This document shows, piece by piece, positions 56,701 to 64,000 of a stretch of DNA of 64,000 bases. The notes below the pieces were generated by a model. The model saw nothing but the letters and a program-made list of their open reading frames with translations. It did no database searches and was not told the origin of the DNA. Every line of letters starts with the position of its first letter. The stretch's first letter is position 1. The translations under genes and the position numbers were made by a program. This DNA comes from Auanema rhodensis (taxonomy: Eukaryota > Animalia > Nematoda), in the NCBI GenBank assembly GCA_964057225.1, contig OZ059900.1:7316001-7380000 (forward strand), in the 5' to 3' direction.

Positions 56701-59152
56701 TATATTCAACGATTTTGGGTACAAAACATGTGAAAACTGTATGTTTTGATCAGACCCTTTGAGATATGGATTTAAAATTCAGGATTCATAAAATTCGACT
56801 ATTTTTACATATATATGTCCAATTTTAACCACTTTGGTCAAAAAGGACCGAAAATATCAAGAATTATTGGTTTTTTGGGGTTTGAAGGGCATTTTGGCAA
56901 AATCAGTCAAACTTTTGATCTTAAGCATATTTTTTTCTTCTAAAACGACTAAATGTATGAAATACTGTCATAGAATGTTCATATAGGTGTATTTTGCACG
57001 AATATCAAAACTGATTGGAATATGGGCCTTTTTATGCTCAAAACGCCATATATTCAACGATTTTGGGTACAAAACATGTGAAAACTGTATGTTTTGATCA
57101 GACCCTTTGAGATATGGATTTGAAATTCAGGATTCATGAACTTCGACTATTTCTACATATATATGTCCAATTTTAATCACTTTGGTCAAAAAGGACCGAA
57201 AATATCAAGAATTATTGGTTTTTTGGGGTTTGAAGGGCATTTTGGCAAAATCAGTCAAACTTTTGATCTTAAGCATATTTTTTTTTCTAAAACGACTAAA
57301 TGTATGAAATACTGTCAAAGAATGTTCATATAGGTGTATTTTGCACGAATATCAAAACTGATTGAAATATGGGCCTTTTTATGCTCAAAACGCCATATAT
57401 TCAACGATTTTGGGTACAAAACATGTGAAAACTGTATGTTTTGATCAGACCCTTTGAGATATGGATTTGAAATTCAGGATTCATAAACTTTGACTATTTT
57501 TACATATATATGTTCAATTTTAACCACTTTGGTCAAAAAGGACCGAAAATATCAAGAATTATTGGTTTTTTGGGGTTTGAAGGGCATTTTGGCAAAATCA
57601 GTCAAACTTTTGATCTTAAGCATATTTTTTTTTTCTAAAACGACTAAATGTATGAAATACTGTCATAGAATGTTCATATAGGTGTATTTTGCACGAATAT
57701 CAAAACTGATTGAAATATGGGCCTTTTTATGTTCAAAACGCCATATATTCAACGATTTTGGGTACAAAACATGTGAAAACTGTATGTTTTGATCAGACCC
57801 TTTGAGATATGGATTTGAAATTCAGGATTCATAAACTTTGACTATTTTTACATATATATGTTCAATTTTAACCACTTTGGTCAAGAAGGACCGAAAATAT
57901 CAAGAATTATTGGTTTTTTGGGGTTTGAAGGGCATTTTGGCAAAATCAGTCAAACTTTTGATCTTAAGCATATTTTTTTCTTCTAAAACGACTAAATGTA
58001 TGAAATACTGTCATAGAATGTTTATATAAGTGTATTTTGCACGAATATCAAAACTGATTGAAATATGGGCCTTTTTATGCTCAAAACGCCATATATTCAA
58101 CGATTTTGGGTACAAAACATGTGAAAACGGTATGTTTTGATCAGACCCTTTGAGATATGGATTTGAAATTCAGGATTCATAAACTTCGACTATTTGTACA
58201 TATATATGTCCAATTTTAACCACTTTGGTCAAAAAGGACCGAAAATATCAAGAATTATTGGTTTTTTGGGGTTTGAAGGGCATTTTGGCAAAATCAGTCA
58301 AACTTTTGATCTTAAGCATATTTTTTTCTTCTAAAACGACTAAATGTATGAAATACTGTCAAAGAATGTTCATATAGGTGTATTTTGCACGAATATCAAA
58401 ACTGATTGAAATATGGGCCTTTTTATGCTCAAAACGCCATATATTCAACGATTTTGGGTACAAAACATGTGAAAACTGTATGTTTTGATCAGACCCTTTG
58501 AGATATGGATTTGAAATTCAGGATTCATAAACTTTGACTATTTTTACATATATATGTTCAATTTTAACCACTTTGGTCAAAAAGGACCGAAAATATCAAG
58601 AATTATTGGTTTTTTGGGGTTTGAAGGGCATTTTGGCAAAATCAGTCAAACTTTTGATCTTAAGCATATTTTTTTCTTCTAAAACGACTAAATGTATGAA
58701 ATACTGTCATAGAATGTTCATATAGGTGTATTTTGCACGAATATCAAAACTGATTGAAATATGGGCCTTTTTATGTTCAAAACGCCATATATTCAACGAT
58801 TTTGGGTACAAAACATGTGAAAACTGTATGTTTTGATCAGACCCTTTGAGATATGGATTTGAAATTCAGGATTCATAAACTTTGACTATTTTTACATATA
58901 TATGTCCAATTTTAACCACTTTGGTCAAAAAGGACCGAAAATATCAAGAATTATTGGTTTTTTGGGGATTGAAGGGCATTTTGGCAAAATCAGTCAAACT
59001 TTTGATCTTAAGCATATTTTTTTCTTCTAAAACGACTAAATGTATGAAATACTGTCATAGAATGTTCATATAGGTGTATTTTGCACGAATATCAAAACTG
59101 ATCGAAATATGTGCCTTTTTATGCTCAAAACGCCATATATTCAACGATTTTG

Positions 59153-61936
59153 GGTACAAAACATGTGAAAACTGTATGTTTTGATCAGACCCTTTGAGAT
59201 ATGGATTTGAAATTCAGGATTCATAAACTTTGACTATTTTTACATATATATGTTCAATTTTAACCACTTTGGTCAAGAAGGACCGAAAATATCAAGAATT
59301 ATTGGTTTTTTGGGGTTTGAAGGGCATTTTGGCAAAATCAGTCAAACTTTTGATCTTAAGCATATTTTTTTCTTCTAAAACGACTAAATGTATGAAATAC
59401 TGTCATAGAATGTTTATATAAGTGTATTTTGCACGAATATCAAAACTGATTGAAATATGGGCCTTTTTATGCTCAAAACGCCATATATTCAACGATTTTG
59501 GGTACAAAACATGTGAAAACTGTATGTTTTGATCAGACCCTTTGAGATATGGATTTGAAATTCAGGATTCATAAACTTTGACTATTTTAACATATATATG
59601 TTCAATTTTAACCACTTTGGTCAAAAAGGACCGAAAATATCAAGAATTATTGGTTTTTTGGGGTTTGAAGGGCATTTTGGCTAAATCAGTCAAACTTTTG
59701 ATCTTAAGCATATTTTTTTCTTCTAAAACGACTAAATGTATGAAATACTGTCATAGAATGTTCATATAGGTGTATTTTGCACGAATATCAAAACTGATTG
59801 AAATATGGGCCTTTTTATGCTCAAAACGCCATATATTCAACGATTTTGGGTACGAAACATGTGAAAACGGTATGTTTTGATCAGACCCTTTGAGATATGG
59901 ATTTGAAATTCAGGATTCATAAATTTCGACTATTTGTACATATATATGTCCAATTTTAACCACTTTGGTCAAAAAGGACCGAAAATATCAAGAATTATTG
60001 GTTTTTTGGGGATTGAAGGGCATTTTGGCAAAATCAGTCAAACTTTTGATCTTAAGCATATTTTTTTCTTCTAAAACGACTAAATGTATGAAATACTGTC
60101 ATAGAATGTTCATATAGGTGTATTTTGCACGAATATCAAAACTGATCGAAATATGTGCCTTTTTATGCTCAAAACGCCATATATTCAACGATTTTGGGTA
60201 CAAAACATGTGAAAACTGTATGTTTTGATCAGACCCTTTGAGTTATGGATTTGAAATTCAGGATTCATAAACTTTGACTATTTTTACATATATATGTTCA
60301 ATTTTAACCACTTTGGTCAAGAAGGACCGAAAATATCAAGAATTATTGGTTTTTTGGGGTTTGAAGGGCATTTTGGCAAAATCAGTCAAACTTTTGATCT
60401 TAAGCATATTGTTTTCTTCTAAAACGACTAAATGTATGAAATACTGTCATAGAATGTTAATATAAGTGTATTTTGCACGAATATCAAAACTGATTGAAAT
60501 ATGGGCCTTTTTATGCTCAAAACGCCATATATTCAACGATTTTGGGTACAAAACATGTGAAAACTGTATGTTTTGATCAGACCCTTTGAGATATGGATTT
60601 GAAATTCAGGATTCATAAACTTTGACTATTTTTACATATATATGTTCAATTTTAACCACTTTGGTCAAGAAGGACCGAAAATATCAAGAATTATTGGTTT
60701 TTTGGGGTTTGAAGGGCATTTTGGCAAAATCAGTCAAACTTTTGATCTTAAGCATATTTTTTTCTTCTAAAACGACTAAATGTATGAAATACTGTCATAG
60801 AATGTTTATATAAGTGTATTTTGCACGAATATCAAAACTGATTGAAATATGGGCCTTTTTATGCTCAAAACGCCATATATTCAACGATTTTGGGTACAAA
60901 ACATGTGAAAACTGTATGTTTTGATCAGACCCTTTGAGATATGGATTTGAAATTCAGGATTCATAAACTTTGACTATTTTAACATATATATGTTCAATTT
61001 TAACCACTTTGGTCAAAAAGGACCGAAAATATCAAGAATTATTGGTTTTTTGGGGTTTGAAGGGCATTTTGGCTAAATCAGTCAAACTTTTGATCTTAAG
61101 CATATTTTTTTCTTCTAAAACGACTAAATGTATGAAATACTGTCATAGAATGTTCATATAGGTGTATTTTGCACGAATATCAAAACTGATTGAAATATGG
61201 GCCTTTTTATGCTCAAAACGCCATATATTCAACGATTTTGGGTACAAAACATGTGAAAACGGTATGTTTTGATCAGACCCTTTGAGATATGGATTTGAAA
61301 TTCAGGATTCATAAATTTCGACTATTTGTACATATATATGTCCAATTTTAACCACTTTGGTCAAAAAGGACCGAAAATATCAAGAATTATTGGTTTTTTG
61401 GGGATTGAAGGGCATTTTGGCAAAATCAGTCAAACTTTTGATCTTAAGCATATTTTTTTCTTCTAAAACGACTAAATGTATGAAATACTGTCATAGAATG
61501 TTCATATAGGTGTATTTTGCACGAATATCAAAACTGATCGAAATATGTGCCTTTTTATGCTCAAAACGCCATATATTCAACGATTTTGGGTACAAAACAT
61601 GTGAAAACTGTATGTTTTGATCAGACCCTTTGAGTTATGGATTTGAAATTCAGGATTCATAAACTTTGACTATTTTTACATATATATGTTCAATTTTAAC
61701 CACTTTGGTCAAGAAGGACCGAAAATATCAAGAATTATTGGTTTTTTGGGGTTTGAAGGGCATTTTGGCAAAATCAGTCAAACTTTTGATCTTAAGCATA
61801 TTGTTTTCTTCTAAAACGACTAAATGTATGAAATACTGTCATAGAATGTTAATATAAGTGTATTTTGCACGAATATCAAAACTGATTGAAATATGGGCCT
61901 TTTTATGCTCAAAACGCCATATATTCAACGATTTTG
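59153..61936. repeat. Tandem duplication of a 4-monomer unit (1392 bp), with a related third copy at ~62633-64000
   Basis: GAGTTAT 60243/61635 and ATTGTTTT 60411/61803 are shared. GATCGAAATATGTG, TCAAGAAGG and TATAAGTG occur in the same order. The third copy lacks the first two markers. Confidence 0.92.
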
Positions 61937-64000
61937 GGTACAAAACATGTGAAAACTGTATGTTTTGATCAGACCCTTTGAGATATGGATTTGAAATTCA
62001 GGATTCATAAACTTTGACTATTTTTACATATATATGTTCAATTTTAACCACTTTGGTCAAAAAGGACCGAAAATATCAAGAATTATTGGTTTTTTGGGGT
62101 TTGAAGGGCATTTTGGCAAAATCAGTCAAACTTTTGATCTTAAGCATATTTTTTTCTTCTAAAACGACTAAATGTATGAAATACTGTCATAGAATGTTCA
62201 TATAGGTGTATTTTGCACGAATATCAAAACTGATTGAAATATGGGCCTTTTTATGCTCAAAACGCCATATATTCAACGATTTTGGGTACAAAACATGTGA
62301 AAACGGTATGTTTTGATCAGACCCTTTGAGATATGGATTTGAAATTCAGGATTCATAAACTTTGACTATTTTTACATATATATGTCCAATTTTAACCACT
62401 TTGGTCAAAAAGGACCGAAAATATCAAGAATTATTGGTTTTTTGGGGATTGAAGGGCATTTTGGCAAAATCAGTCAAACTTTTGATCTTAAGCATATTTT
62501 TTTCTTCTAAAACGACTAAATGTATGAAATACTGTCATAGAATGTTCATATAGGTGTATTTTGCACGAATATCAAAACTGATTGAAATATGGGCCTTTTT
62601 ATGCTCAAAACGCCATATATTCAACGATTTTGGGTACAAAACATGTGAAAACTGTATGTTTTGATCAGACCCTTTGAGATATGGATTTGAAATTCAGGAT
62701 TCATAAACTTTGACTATTTTTACATATATATGTTCAATTTTAACCACTTTGGTCAAGAAGGACCGAAAATATCAAGAATTATTGGTTTTTTGGGGTTTGA
62801 AGGGCATTTTGGCAAAATCAGTCAAACTTTTGATCTTAAGCATATTTTTTTCTTCTAAAACGACTAAATGTATGAAATACTGTCATAGAATGTTTATATA
62901 AGTGTATTTTGCACGAATATCAAAACTGATTGAAATATGGGCCTTTTTATGCTCAAAACGCCATATATTCAACGATTTTGGGTACAAAACATGTGAAAAC
63001 TGTATGTTTTGATCAGACCCTTTGAGATATGGATTTGAAATTCAGGATTCATAAACTTTGACTATTTTAACATATATATGTTCAATTTTAACCACTTTGG
63101 TCAAAAAGGACCGAAAATATCAAGAATTATTGGTTTTTTGGGGTTTGAAGGGCATTTTGGCTAAATCAGTCAAACTTTTGATCTTAAGCATATTTTTTTC
63201 TTCTAAAACGACTAAATGTATGAAATACTGTCATAGAATGTTCATATAGGTGTATTTTGCACGAATATCAAAACTGATTGAAATATGGGCCTTTTTATGC
63301 TCAAAACGCCATATATTCAACGATTTTGGGTACAAAACATGTGAAAACGGTATGTTTTGATCAGACCCTTTGAGATATGGATTTGAAATTCAGGATTCAT
63401 AAATTTCGACTATTTGTACATATATATGTCCAATTTTAACCACTTTGGTCAAAAAGGACCGAAAATATCAAGAATTATTGGTTTTTTGGGGATTGAAGGG
63501 CATTTTGGCAAAATCAGTCAAACTTTTGATCTTAAGCATATTTTTTTCTTCTAAAACGACTAAATGTATGAAATACTGTCATAGAATGTTCATATAGGTG
63601 TATTTTGCACGAATATCAAAACTGATCGAAATATGTGCCTTTTTATGCTCAAAACGCCATATATTCAACGATTTTGGGTACAAAACATGTGAAAACTGTA
63701 TGTTTTGATCAGACCCTTTGAGATATGGATTTGAAATTCAGGATTCATAAACTTTGACTATTTTTACATATATATGTTCAATTTTAACCACTTTGGTCAA
63801 GAAGGACCGAAAATATCAAGAATTATTGGTTTTTTGGGGTTTGAAGGGCATTTTGGCAAAATCAGTCAAACTTTTGATCTTAAGCATATTTTTTTCTTCT
63901 AAAACGACTAAATGTATGAAATACTGTCATAGAATGTTAATATAAGTGTATTTTGCACGAATATCAAAACTGATTGAAATATGGGCCTTTTTATGCTCAA

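Larger units (their letters stand above)
1..64000. repeat. Tandem satellite DNA array, 348-bp monomer, ~184 copies, highly homogeneous; extends beyond both window edges (putative centromeric/pericentromeric or heterochromatic satellite)
   Basis: GGTACAAAACATGTGAAAAC recurs at 1, 349, 697 and onward, and ORF-track starts follow 78+348n exactly up to 39402. After that the register shifts by eight single-base deletions. There is no non-repeat sequence or orientation change. The repeat call is direct; a centromeric role is inference only. Confidence 0.99.

Noticed and set aside
78-63945. Recurrent 63-aa (and 87/100-aa read-through) plus-strand ORFs as a tandem gene family
   Set aside because: They have TTG starts that are often lost (T79C), no recognisable domain, mostly non-synonymous variants and some frameshifts. 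Conservation is the same inside and outside the ORF. They recur only because 348 is divisible by 3.
1-64000. CRISPR array
   Set aside because: There are no unique spacers, the whole 348 bp is repeated, and no cas genes or leader are present.
1-64000. Whole array as an assembly or sequencing artefact (e.g. rolling-circle concatemer)
   Set aside because: Variants are linked, nested and regionally structured, which random error would not produce. Individual near-perfect duplications still need read validation.

Overview
The whole 64 kb window is one uninterrupted, head-to-tail, single-orientation tandem array of a 348-bp AT-rich satellite (about 30% GC by hand count of one consensus monomer; about 184 monomers, neighbours usually differing at only a few positions). 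I see no genes, RNA genes, CRISPR spacers, transposons, inversions or unique sequence. All ORFs in the track are translations of the repeat. The monomer resembles eukaryotic (peri)centromeric or heterochromatic satellite DNA: dinucleosome length, traces of a ~174-bp dimer, ~10-bp phased A/T tracts and several short dyad symmetries. The informative structure lies in the variants. There are local 3-, 4- and 5-monomer duplications, longer blocks repeated at 9-, 14-, 21- and 42-monomer spacing, and a degenerate ~8-mer periodicity in the first 12.5 kb. The first 39.7 kb has no indels, followed by eight 1-bp deletions that track with haplotypes. Left-end haplotypes reappear after 39.7 kb, flanking a central domain. 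One oddity: a minus-strand frame whose only consensus stops are TGA. I cannot identify the species or satellite family from sequence alone. Monomer positions are numbered from GGTACAAAAC = 1, and all counts are by hand.
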